The position numbers were made by a program, and so were the translations under genes. From Candidatus Levyibacteriota bacterium (GTDB lineage Bacteria > Patescibacteriota > Microgenomatia > Levybacterales > UBA12049), in the NCBI GenBank assembly GCA_016204465.1, contig JACQKQ010000033.1, positions 858-64,857 of the forward strand: a DNA stretch of 64,000 bases. Direction: 5' to 3'. Below the pieces are notes generated by a model that saw only the letters and a program-made list of their open reading frames with translations, was not told where the DNA came from and ran no database searches. Positions 20,351 to 29,144 of the stretch are shown in pieces. Numbering within the stretch: the stretch's first letter is position 1; each line of letters begins with the position of its first letter.

Positions 20351-20821
20351 ATGGTATTCAATTTACAAATTTTAGTTTTTGTTATTGGTTTTGCTTGGCT
20401 TATTATCCTTACCTTTTTTTATCTTCGACTTTATTCTCACTACAATAATTTAACTCGTGGAATGAGCAGTAAAACATTGCGTTCAATTCTTGAAGAGCTT
20501 CTCCAAGAAGTAAAAAGCGCACAAAAAGAAATTACAATGCTTGTTTTGCGATGTGATAAAATAGAACAACAGATTCTTTTGCATATTCAAAAAATTGGCC
20601 TCTTGCGATTTAATCCGTTTAAGGATACAGGGGGTAATCAAAGTTTTATCTTAACGCTTCTTGATGCTAATAATACAGGAGTTGTTATTTCTGGTTTGTA
20701 TTCCCGCTTGGGAACGCGGTGGTATGCAAAAGAAGTTATTGCAGGAAAAGGCGTAGATCATGAGTTATCAGAGGAGGAAAAACGGGCAATAAAAGAAGCA
20801 AAACAGTCCGTAAAGACATAA
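20351..20821 (+). CDS. DUF4446-like membrane-anchored protein
   Basis: QKIGLLRFNPFKDTGGNQSF, LSEEEKRAI. Confidence 0.85.
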   Translation: MVFNLQILVFVIGFAWLIILTFFYLRLYSHYNNLTRGMSSKTLRSILEELLQEVKSAQKEITMLVLRCDKIEQQILLHIQKIGLLRFNPFKDTGGNQSFILTLLDANNTGVVISGLYSRLGTRWYAKEVIAGKGVDHELSEEEKRAIKEAKQSVKT

Positions 20822-20827
20822 GAAGGT

Positions 20828-21994
20828 ATGAGTACTAAAACATTAACACTTATTGTTATTTCACTTATGATTTATGTTGTAAGTACAGGTATTTCCTACG
20901 TCGCATTCTCAAAAATTGCTTCGGTTGCTGTTTCTGTTGCGCCGCCAAATGTTGATACTAAATCAGGCGTAACAACATTTGATGACACATTGCCAAAAAC
21001 GCAAGAGTGTCCTCTAAACGGCGCGATGTATTCAAAAAAGCAGCGTGACTGGTGGGAGAAGCATCGACCGCTTGGAGTTATGGTTGAAAACCACCAGGAG
21101 TCCCGGCCGCAATCCGGTTTGTCATTTGCCGATGTAATCTACGAAATCGTTGCAGAGGGCGGCATTACACGATTTCTAGCTGTGTATTATTGTCAAGATG
21201 CAGGCCAAGTGGGGCCTGTTCGTTCTGCACGAACTTATTTTCTTGACTTTATTTCTGAATATGGAGATTTTCCACTTTATGCACATGTTGGCGGTGCAAA
21301 CACCCCAGGACCTGCAAATGCACTTGGGCAGATTGAAGATTACGAATGGGAAGGGTACAACGATCTTAACCAATTCTCAATTGGGTATCCTACATTCTGG
21401 CGAGATTACGATAGACTTGGACGATCTGTAGCAACAGAGCATACAATGTATTCTACAACGTCAAGGTTGTGGCAGTTTGCAGAAAAAAATAGGGAAGTAT
21501 CAGCAAAAGATTCAGAAGGAAATAAGTGGGATGAGGAATTTGTGCGATACGCTTTTAAGGACGATGCGCCGTCTCAAGAGAGAGAAGCATCGCAGAAAGT
21601 GGATGTTACCTTTTGGGATGGATACGATCAATATATGGTAACTTGGGAGTACGACAATGCAACAAATAGCTACAAACGAAAGAATGGCGGTTCCCCGCAA
21701 ACTGACAAAAACACAAATAGACAGTTGACAGCAAAAAATATTGTAGTATTATTCATGCAGGAGAATAATGCAAACGATGGGTATACCAATAATTTGCACT
21801 TACTCTATAAAACAAAAGGAAAAGGGAAGGCGGTTGTCTTTATGGACGGGAAGAAGATAGACGGGACTTGGGGTAAAGACAGTAGAACGGATAGAACAGT
21901 TATTTATGATAGGGTAGGTAAAAAAGTGGAATTTAACAAAGGGACATTGTGGTTTCAAGTCCTGCCCCTCGAAGGAGAGGTAGATGCTAGCTGA
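20828..21994 (+). CDS. DUF3048-like exported protein
   Basis: RPLGVMVEN, RPQSGLSFADVIYE, AEGGITRF, GPVRSARTY. Confidence 0.88.
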   Translation: MSTKTLTLIVISLMIYVVSTGISYVAFSKIASVAVSVAPPNVDTKSGVTTFDDTLPKTQECPLNGAMYSKKQRDWWEKHRPLGVMVENHQESRPQSGLSFADVIYEIVAEGGITRFLAVYYCQDAGQVGPVRSARTYFLDFISEYGDFPLYAHVGGANTPGPANALGQIEDYEWEGYNDLNQFSIGYPTFWRDYDRLGRSVATEHTMYSTTSRLWQFAEKNREVSAKDSEGNKWDEEFVRYAFKDDAPSQEREASQKVDVTFWDGYDQYMVTWEYDNATNSYKRKNGGSPQTDKNTNRQLTAKNIVVLFMQENNANDGYTNNLHLLYKTKGKGKAVVFMDGKKIDGTWGKDSRTDRTVIYDRVGKKVEFNKGTLWFQVLPLEGEVDAS

Positions 21995-22559
21995 TCTGAT
22001 CACATCAAAGTCAAGAGTTACGCTACTACAGGTATTTCTTACAAACCCATTGGAGATGTACCATGTTAGGGAGTTGGTTCGAAGAACAGACGACGAAATT
22101 AACGCAGTCCGCCGCGAACTCTCTTATTTAGAAAAAAAAGGTATTTTAATCAAAGAACCGCGCGCAAACCGGGTGTATTACTCCTTGTCAAAATCATATC
22201 CGTTTTACTACGATCTCTTAACGCTTGGCTCAAAGATTATTGGACTTGGAGCTGGGGTCTTACGAAACCGCGTGAAACTAGGAAAAGTTAAATATGCAAT
22301 GTTTTCTGGGAAATTTGTTCGTCGCTTACAAAAAGGAGGAGACGAAGTTGATTTTTTAATGGTTGGGACAATTGTTCTTCCAGAACTAGCGCTTCTTATA
22401 AAAAGTGAAGAAAAGCGATTAGGAATGGAGATCAATTATACGGTTATGTCTGAAGACGAATTTAATTTTCGAAAAAGACGACACGACCCGTTTATTCTTT
22501 CTATCCTCACAGGGTCAAGGGTAATGCTTATTGGAGATGAGGAAACAATGCTTGCCTAA
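21984..22559 (+). CDS. Winged-HTH protein with nucleotidyltransferase-like C-terminal domain
   Basis: SKSRVTLL...YHVRELVR...NAVRRELSYL; VDFLMVG...EINYTVMS. Confidence 0.75.
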   Translation: MLADLITSKSRVTLLQVFLTNPLEMYHVRELVRRTDDEINAVRRELSYLEKKGILIKEPRANRVYYSLSKSYPFYYDLLTLGSKIIGLGAGVLRNRVKLGKVKYAMFSGKFVRRLQKGGDEVDFLMVGTIVLPELALLIKSEEKRLGMEINYTVMSEDEFNFRKRRHDPFILSILTGSRVMLIGDEETMLA

Positions 22560-22605
22560 GTTGTCCAATTGACAAGCATTCCATTTTTGGCTAGGCTATT
22601 GTGTT

Positions 22606-23946
22606 ATGAGCAATCCCCGGTTTCTATTTTACTTTATTATTATTCTCACAATTGTTGCAGTAATTACTATCTTTCCCAAGGAATTTCGTATTGATATTGG
22701 GAATTTCCACAAAACAGTCTATGGGATTAAGCCAGATTTTTTCATCGGTCCACTTCGTATACATAAAGACCTTTCTTTCCAAAAAGGGCTTGATTTGGAA
22801 GGAGGAGTCAGTGTTACTTACAAAGCTGATACTGCAAAAATTCCGTCATACCAACAACAAGATGCAGTGGATAGCGCAAAAACAGTAATTCAGAGACGCA
22901 TAGACTATTTAGGTGTTCGTGAACCACTTATTCAAACAGCAAAAGTAAATAATGAATACCGCATCATCGTTGAAATTCCCGGGATTTCAGATGTAAACCA
23001 AGCAATAAATCTCATTGGCAAAACAGCGCAACTTACTTTTTGGGAAGAGGGTGCGTCAGGATCGGCTAAACTTAATTCAGAGACACTTCCTTTGGGAGTA
23101 ACACAGATCTTTCAAAACCCTAAGCAGACTAATCTTTCAGGAAGCGATCTTGCGCGGTCAACCGTTACGTTTGATCCAAACACTGGTGAGCCGCAAGTAC
23201 AGCTTACCTTTTCATCAGAAGGAGCAAAAAAATTTGCAGATATTACAAAACGAAATGTAAGCAAACCGGTAGCCATTGTATTGGACAACCAAGTTATTCA
23301 AGCACCTACAGTACAAACCGTTATTGCCGATGGGAATGCAGTTATCACCGGTGGTTTCACAACAGAGCAAGCTAAGGCATTAAGCATTCAGCTTAATGCC
23401 GGTGCGCTTCCGATACCGCTTAGCATTCTTGAGCAACATACTGTCGGTGCAACGCTTGGCGAAGCTTCTCTTCAAAATAGCCTTTTTGCCGCAATTCTAG
23501 GATTTGTAATAATTATTTTCTTTATGGGTATTTTGTATGGAAGACTTGGTATCATTGCAAGCTTTGCGCTGTTTCTGTACACACTCTACGTTTTAGCTTT
23601 ATTTAAACTTATCCCAGTCACTTTAACGCTTGCAGGAATTGCTGGGTTTATTTTGTCAATCGGCATGGCTGTTGATGCCAATATCTTAATATTTGAGAGA
23701 ATGCGAGAAGAGTTACGGCGTGGAAAGCAGCGCAACGTCGCAATTGAGCTAGGCTTTACCAGAGCTTGGACATCAATTCGTGACTCAAACATCTCAAGCC
23801 TTATCACAAGCGCCATCCTTTACTATTTTGGAACAGGTATTGTACGAGGATTTGCAGTAACACTTGCAATTGGCGTTTTGGTATCGATGTTTTCGGCGAT
23901 TATTGTTACGAGAACATTTCTTAGGTTAATATACAAGGAAAATTGA
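22606..23946 (+). CDS. secD: Protein translocase subunit SecD
   Basis: GLDLEGG, AGALP, TLTLAGIAG, IGMAVDANILIFERMREE. Confidence 0.96.
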   Translation: MSNPRFLFYFIIILTIVAVITIFPKEFRIDIGNFHKTVYGIKPDFFIGPLRIHKDLSFQKGLDLEGGVSVTYKADTAKIPSYQQQDAVDSAKTVIQRRIDYLGVREPLIQTAKVNNEYRIIVEIPGISDVNQAINLIGKTAQLTFWEEGASGSAKLNSETLPLGVTQIFQNPKQTNLSGSDLARSTVTFDPNTGEPQVQLTFSSEGAKKFADITKRNVSKPVAIVLDNQVIQAPTVQTVIADGNAVITGGFTTEQAKALSIQLNAGALPIPLSILEQHTVGATLGEASLQNSLFAAILGFVIIIFFMGILYGRLGIIASFALFLYTLYVLALFKLIPVTLTLAGIAGFILSIGMAVDANILIFERMREELRRGKQRNVAIELGFTRAWTSIRDSNISSLITSAILYYFGTGIVRGFAVTLAIGVLVSMFSAIIVTRTFLRLIYKEN

Positions 23947-24009
23947 TCTAATTGCTCTAATTAACCTAATTTTAAACAATTTGGGCATTGGGATTTGATT
24001 AGATCAATT
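23941..24009. repeat. 9-bp micro-array within a 12-bp inverted repeat between secD and secF
   Basis: AATTGATCT AATTGCTCT AATTAACCT AATT ... ATTAGATCAATT. Confidence 0.7.
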
Positions 24010-24023
24010 AGAAATTTTGGAAT

Positions 24024-24929
24024 ATGAATATTATTAAAAATAAGAAAATTTTCTTTGCGATTTCATTATTGGTAATGATTCCGGGAATAATCTCGCTTTT
24101 GCTGTTTGGTTTGAAACTGTCCATTGATTTTACTGGAGGAAGCAAAATAGAATATCAAATTTCAAATATCAAATTTCAAATATCAAATACAGAATTACAA
24201 AAATTAATAAAAGAAAAAGGAGTAGATGTAGGTTCAATACAGACTGCGGAAGGAAATCGATATATTGTTCGAACAAAGCCAATTGATCAGAAAAAATATA
24301 CGGAAGTAACAAACGCATTAAAAAATAAATATAAAGATTTGAAAGAAATTAGTTTTCAGACAGTCGGTCCAACGATTGGGAAAGAAACAACAGTAAATGC
24401 CGTAAAATCCGTTGTGTTTGCCTCGGTACTTATTATTTTCTATATAGCGTGGTCATTTCGAAAAGTACCAAAGCCGGCGAGCAGTTGGCGGTTTGGGGTA
24501 TGTGCTATTGTCGCGCTACTCCACGACGTGCTGGTTGTAATTGGTGTGTTTTCTCTACTTGGATATTTCTTAAGCGTTGAGATAGACAGTCTTTTTGTGA
24601 CAGCATTACTTACAATTATTGGTTTCTCTGTCCATGATACGATTGTCGTGTTTGACAGAATCCGCGAAAACTTGCGTAGAATGCCAGATGTTGCATTTCC
24701 AAAGATTGTCAACGAGTCAATCCTACAGACAATGGTGCGGTCGCTAAATACGTCGTTTACCACTCTTTTGGTACTGTTCACCCTTTTTCTTTTTGGGGGA
24801 GAGAGCACAAAGTGGTTTATGGTTGCTCTCATAGTTGGTATCACAAGCGGCACGTATTCCTCAATCTTCAACGCTGCTCCGCTTCTGGTTGTATGGCATG
24901 AGTGGAACACGCGAGGAAAGTTAAGTTAA
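24024..24929 (+). CDS. secF: Protein translocase subunit SecF
   Basis: IDFTGGS, VGPTIG, ALLHDV, GFSVHDTIVVFDRIREN, GTYSSIF. Confidence 0.96.
   Translation: MNIIKNKKIFFAISLLVMIPGIISLLLFGLKLSIDFTGGSKIEYQISNIKFQISNTELQKLIKEKGVDVGSIQTAEGNRYIVRTKPIDQKKYTEVTNALKNKYKDLKEISFQTVGPTIGKETTVNAVKSVVFASVLIIFYIAWSFRKVPKPASSWRFGVCAIVALLHDVLVVIGVFSLLGYFLSVEIDSLFVTALLTIIGFSVHDTIVVFDRIRENLRRMPDVAFPKIVNESILQTMVRSLNTSFTTLLVLFTLFLFGGESTKWFMVALIVGITSGTYSSIFNAAPLLVVWHEWNTRGKLS
24152..24189 (+). repeat. In-frame heptamer array in secF
   Basis: ATATCAA ATTTCAA ATATCAA ATTTCAA ATATCAA ATA. Confidence 0.9.
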
Positions 24930-25372
24930 ATCTTTTCTTTCACAATTTTACTCACTAAGCTGCCGTCTGCTTTGCCTTTCACTTTTGCCATTACTGCTCC
25001 CATTAATTTGCCCATGTCTGCGACTGACGTCGCACCGATCTCGCTGATTGTTTTTTCAACGATTATACGGATTTCTTCCTCATTCATTTGCGCGGGTAGA
25101 TAGGTTTGGAGAATTTCTAGTTCTTTTGTTTCTTTGTCTACCAAATCCTGGCGTCCGCCTGCTTTGAATTGTTCGATCGAATCTTTTCGCTGCTTGACTT
25201 CTTTCTGAATCATTGCGAGAACATCCCCTTCTGTTGCTTCATATCCTGCTCCGCCCTTTTGAATTTCAAAATAGTTTATTGCTGACAACAGCATTCGCAG
25301 CACCGACGTTTTTAACGCATCTTTTGCCAGCATTGACTGTTTGAGTTCATTTTGTAAGTCTTGTTTTGTCAT
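24926..25372 (-). CDS. GatB/YqeY domain protein
   Basis: KEVKQRKDSIEQF..GGRQDL, YLPAQM, DMGKLMG, KGKADG. Confidence 0.92.
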   Translation of the reverse strand: MTKQDLQNELKQSMLAKDALKTSVLRMLLSAINYFEIQKGGAGYEATEGDVLAMIQKEVKQRKDSIEQFKAGGRQDLVDKETKELEILQTYLPAQMNEEEIRIIVEKTISEIGATSVADMGKLMGAVMAKVKGKADGSLVSKIVKEKI

Positions 25373-26154
25373 ATTAACCTTCCAAGACCAATTTTTTTAC
25401 TTTTGTTAAACATGAAGACAAAGAACCATAGCGATAATAGCAAATACGGTATATTTAATGCAAAACCAATAAAAAGTTTCTCTGCCGGAAAATATCCCTT
25501 AAAGAGTACATCCCGCATGCCTTCAAAAATATGACTCGGCGGTAAAACCAATGCAATCTTTTGGGCCCAATTAGGTAAGATGGAAAGCGGGTAATAAAGT
25601 GCGGAAAATGGCGCAATAAGCGCAACGCCTGTCCAAGCTGCTGTTTGGATTTTTATGCCGTACCGAACGATAAAGCCTGCAACTATAAAACCTGCTGACC
25701 AGCCGAAAAGCAAAAGACCTATTGTTATAGGAAGTAATTGTAAGCCAAACATAAATATATTGTATTGATAAAATATGAACGCTATAATTGCCGAGAAAGA
25801 AAGGCTAATAATCATCTTGATAAACCCGACAATAATAAGCGATGTAATCCATTCCCAAATGGTGAGTGGTGAAGCAACGACATTTACCAAATTTTTATCC
25901 CACATTTCAGAGAGGATGTTGACATTAATTTCATACTGCGCACGCCAGATAATAATCCAAAAGACTAATCCATTTAGAATAACAAAAATGAGCTCTTTGC
26001 TGTTATTACTTAACGTTGCTAGGTATAAGCCTGTAAGACCCCAAATAAATAAGTCCATTGCAGGCCAATAGAACATATCACTTAGCCTATCTAAGTTATG
26101 GCGAAGATATAAAAAATAGCGATATACCATCGCGGCTATTCTATGACGGCTCAT
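25369..26154 (-). CDS. ABC-2 type exporter permease
   Basis: Six TM helices; YYPLSILPNWAQ, PPSHIFEGMR. Confidence 0.88.
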   Translation of the reverse strand: MSRHRIAAMVYRYFLYLRHNLDRLSDMFYWPAMDLFIWGLTGLYLATLSNNSKELIFVILNGLVFWIIIWRAQYEINVNILSEMWDKNLVNVVASPLTIWEWITSLIIVGFIKMIISLSFSAIIAFIFYQYNIFMFGLQLLPITIGLLLFGWSAGFIVAGFIVRYGIKIQTAAWTGVALIAPFSALYYPLSILPNWAQKIALVLPPSHIFEGMRDVLFKGYFPAEKLFIGFALNIPYLLLSLWFFVFMFNKSKKIGLGRLI

Positions 26155-27073
26155 CGTTTTTCTCCCTTCTAATAATATCAAGGAATACATCTTCTAAATC
26201 AGGCTTGTTGATGCTAATTTCCTCATAATCTATTTTTTCCGAAGCTAGTAGCATAAGGAAATCTGCGATGTTTCGTTCATCAAGAACAATGGTAAAATTA
26301 TGTCTATCAGAACGAAATGGAATCTCTTTTTCTTCAAAAAATGCAAGCACCCTTTTATTATCTTTGATTATTTTTAGTTCTAGCTTGCATGTTGATATTT
26401 GCTTTGTAAGATTCTCCGGCGTGTCTTCTATAGTGACTTTTCCTTTTTGGATAATAATAACCCTATCGCACATTTCTTCAACTTCGGCCATATTATGAGA
26501 AGTAAAAAGCATACTTACGTTATACTCTCGTTTTTCCTTTTTTAGAAAGTTTCTTATTTTAACCGCTATTTCAGGATCTAGGCTTGCTGTTGGTTCGTCT
26601 AATAGTAAAATCTTTGGATAGTTAAGAAACGATTTTGTTAGTAAGAGGCGAGTTTTTTCACCCTCCGAGAGCATAAAGAATTGCTTTTTTACCATGTGGT
26701 CTAGTTCAAATTCCCTAAGTAGTTTCTCAATTCTTTTATTCTTGTCAGGTATTTGATAGAGCATGGCAAAAATGTTAAGAATTTCCAAGACAGTAAAATG
26801 CCATGGAAGACTTATGTAAGTAGAAGAGAAATTCACAAGCTGCAGAATTTCTTCCCTGTGCTTTTTGAACTGTTTTCCGAAATAAACGATATCTCCGCTA
26901 GTTGATTCCATAACTCCCAAAAGCATCTGGATCGTTGTTGTTTTTCCAGCTCCGTTAGGACCAAGAAGACCCAAAACCTCACCCTCTTTAAGAAAAAAGG
27001 AAATATCATCAACCGCAGTAAATTCGCCGAACTTTTTTGTAAGATTTTTTACTTTCAATACAATCTCTGCCAT
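26141..27073 (-). CDS. ABC exporter ATP-binding protein (DrrA/NodI-like)
   Basis: [33 protein letters not shown]. Confidence 0.92.
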   Translation of the reverse strand: MAEIVLKVKNLTKKFGEFTAVDDISFFLKEGEVLGLLGPNGAGKTTTIQMLLGVMESTSGDIVYFGKQFKKHREEILQLVNFSSTYISLPWHFTVLEILNIFAMLYQIPDKNKRIEKLLREFELDHMVKKQFFMLSEGEKTRLLLTKSFLNYPKILLLDEPTASLDPEIAVKIRNFLKKEKREYNVSMLFTSHNMAEVEEMCDRVIIIQKGKVTIEDTPENLTKQISTCKLELKIIKDNKRVLAFFEEKEIPFRSDRHNFTIVLDERNIADFLMLLASEKIDYEEISINKPDLEDVFLDIIRREKNDEPS

Positions 27074-27199
27074 AGTAGGTATATCTTATGGGAATTATAA
27101 GTAAAACGCAATAAATATATACGTTTTTATTGGTATAATTAACGACTAATACTTTTGAGAATAAGTGTATGCAGGCAAAAGAAATGATATTGCAATTCA

Positions 27200-27233
27200 T
27201 ATCTGTACCGTAGACTAGACAACGGTACAGATA
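27200..27233. promoter_or_regulatory. 34-bp CTAG-centred near-palindrome downstream of the TrpR-like gene
   Basis: TATCTGTACCGT-AGACTAGACA-ACGGTACAGATA (12-bp perfect arms). Confidence 0.65.
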
Positions 27234-27644
27234 CTACCGTAGAACTTTTTTTCGTGTAAATCCAGTATATTGTTTTTTCTTAAAGACTAGTGTTGATCCG
27301 CCAATAGTTTCGTATTTCTTCTTTGCATATTCCGATTCTATTTTTTTACTTCTCTTTTGTATTAATTCAAGCCAATTAGAATCGAGATCCAAATTTTTCA
27401 TTACAGATGTAATGGTGGCTTTGCCAACTTTTAGCATTTTGCTAATTTCGTCAAAACCAAATCCATCAACGACGTATTCGGCAATAAGTATTCTTCTTCC
27501 AATTTTAATTTTTTCGTCGTGTGTTAAAATTCCTTTAATAATTTCTTCAACCTCCTTACCATCTTTTGCGGCAAGGAATGCTTCACGCAATCGGTTAAGC
27601 GCTTCGAACACATCCTCTTTTGTAAGGAATTTATATCTTCTCAT
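27234..27644 (-). CDS. TrpR/YerC-YecD-like helix-turn-helix protein
   Basis: ILTHDEKIKIGRRILIA...FDEISKMLKVGKATITSV. Confidence 0.8.
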   Translation of the reverse strand: MRRYKFLTKEDVFEALNRLREAFLAAKDGKEVEEIIKGILTHDEKIKIGRRILIAEYVVDGFGFDEISKMLKVGKATITSVMKNLDLDSNWLELIQKRSKKIESEYAKKKYETIGGSTLVFKKKQYTGFTRKKVLR

Positions 27645-27653
27645 GAAAGTTTT

Positions 27654-27673
27654 GTTGTCTAGACAACGGAACA
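27654..27673. promoter_or_regulatory. CTAG-centred palindrome 10 bp upstream of the TrpR-like start (putative operator)
   Basis: GTTGTCTAGACAAC perfect 14-mer, followed by GGAACA. Confidence 0.65.
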
Positions 27674-27741
27674 ATTGATTTAAAATTATTTTGTCTTACG
27701 TTTTTATAGATGCTTTACCAATCTTTTAATTTTTAATTATA

Positions 27742-29118
27742 TTAACTACTACTAATTTCTTTCATACGTTTAATCAAATACTCGCGATTATTTTTTGATA
27801 AATCTTCATCCACTTCTTCGAAAAGTTTTTGCAGTATTTCACCCACCTTTGGACAGGGTTTTATATTGAGCTCTCTCATTACATCATTCCCATCAACTGC
27901 CATATCTTCTACAGAAAATGGTTTTGGTTGCAGCTGTTTCTCAATTCGCTTCTTAAATAACTTTAGTCTCCAACTTTCGGCAGTTTGCGTTCCTCCTCCT
28001 AAACGATCGCCAATACGTAAATCCATTATGTCTTTCACATTTTCAACACCTACCCGTCGAATAAATCGTCTGACCGCCGCATCGGTTATTTTCTCGTCAA
28101 CAGTAAACATGTGCCACCTAACAAGATTCACAATTCGCTCTCGATCTTTTTTTGAAAACTTAAGCCGGTCGCAAATGTTTCGTACTATCCTTGCTCCTAC
28201 AACTTCGTGATTATAAAATGTTACAAGCCCCTGTTCGTCTTTACCAATAACACGCGGTTTTCCCGCATCGTGCAGAAGTGTTGCAAATCTAACGATTGAA
28301 TCTCGTGAAGGGCAGAACTTAAGCGAGAGCACATTATGTGTAAATACATCGGCTGTATGGTGCCGGCCAGGCCTAGCTTGTGAAACCCCGACACCTTCAA
28401 GCAATTCTGGCAAGATATGATCCAAAAGTGCAGAATTTCGCAATAATATTACTCCATCGTACGGATAATCACTGCTAAGAATACGAAGCAGCTCATTTCT
28501 TATACGTTCTGCCGATATGTGCGTAATTAGCTTGGCATCCGCAGTGATTGCACTCCAGGTTTTTTCTTCGATGGTAAAGGAAATTTCGGTTGCAATACGA
28601 ACGGCGCGCAGGAGTCGCAACGCATCTTCTTTGAAACGTTTATCTGGCTCTCCGACAGCTTTGATAATTTTGCTTTCAATATCTTTTTTGCCTTTATATG
28701 GATCAATAAGATTGGTCGTTAGTCGTTGGTCGTTCGTCGTTAGCGAAAGGGCGATTGCGTTTATGGTAAAATCACGGCGGGATAAGTCTTCTTCAATAGT
28801 TTTTCCCCATGCAACTTTGTCTGGACGTCTTTTGTCTCCGTAGCCGTGCTCTGTTCGAAACGTTGTAACCTCGACAACCTGTTCCTTATCTTCAACTTTA
28901 ATAGGTAGACCTACAGTCCCGAATGTGTTATCATAGAAACCGCTAGGAAAGAGTTTAAGAATGTCCTCTGGTTTTGCATTTGTTGCAAAGTCCCAGTCCT
29001 TGATAGGTATATCCATGAGGAGGTTGCGTACACATCCGCCAACAAAGAATATTTCAAGCTTATTCTCTGTGAATTTTTTGTAGACTTCGATGAGTTCTTT
29101 AGGAATACGTTTAATCAT
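27742..29118 (-). CDS. cca: CCA-adding tRNA nucleotidyltransferase family protein with HD domain
   Basis: VGGCVRN, DWDFAT, EVTTFR, DLSRRDFTINA, EDALRLLRAVR, LLHDAGKP. Confidence 0.88.
   Translation of the reverse strand: MIKRIPKELIEVYKKFTENKLEIFFVGGCVRNLLMDIPIKDWDFATNAKPEDILKLFPSGFYDNTFGTVGLPIKVEDKEQVVEVTTFRTEHGYGDKRRPDKVAWGKTIEEDLSRRDFTINAIALSLTTNDQRLTTNLIDPYKGKKDIESKIIKAVGEPDKRFKEDALRLLRAVRIATEISFTIEEKTWSAITADAKLITHISAERIRNELLRILSSDYPYDGVILLRNSALLDHILPELLEGVGVSQARPGRHHTADVFTHNVLSLKFCPSRDSIVRFATLLHDAGKPRVIGKDEQGLVTFYNHEVVGARIVRNICDRLKFSKKDRERIVNLVRWHMFTVDEKITDAAVRRFIRRVGVENVKDIMDLRIGDRLGGGTQTAESWRLKLFKKRIEKQLQPKPFSVEDMAVDGNDVMRELNIKPCPKVGEILQKLFEEVDEDLSKNNREYLIKRMKEISSS
28712..28743 (-). 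repeat. In-frame heptamer array in the cca-like gene
   Basis: Coding strand CTAACGA CGAACGA CCAACGA CTAACGA CCAA, encoding LTTNDQRLTTN. Confidence 0.85.
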
Positions 29119-29144
29119 CTGTTTATAGTATAACAAATTAGCCT

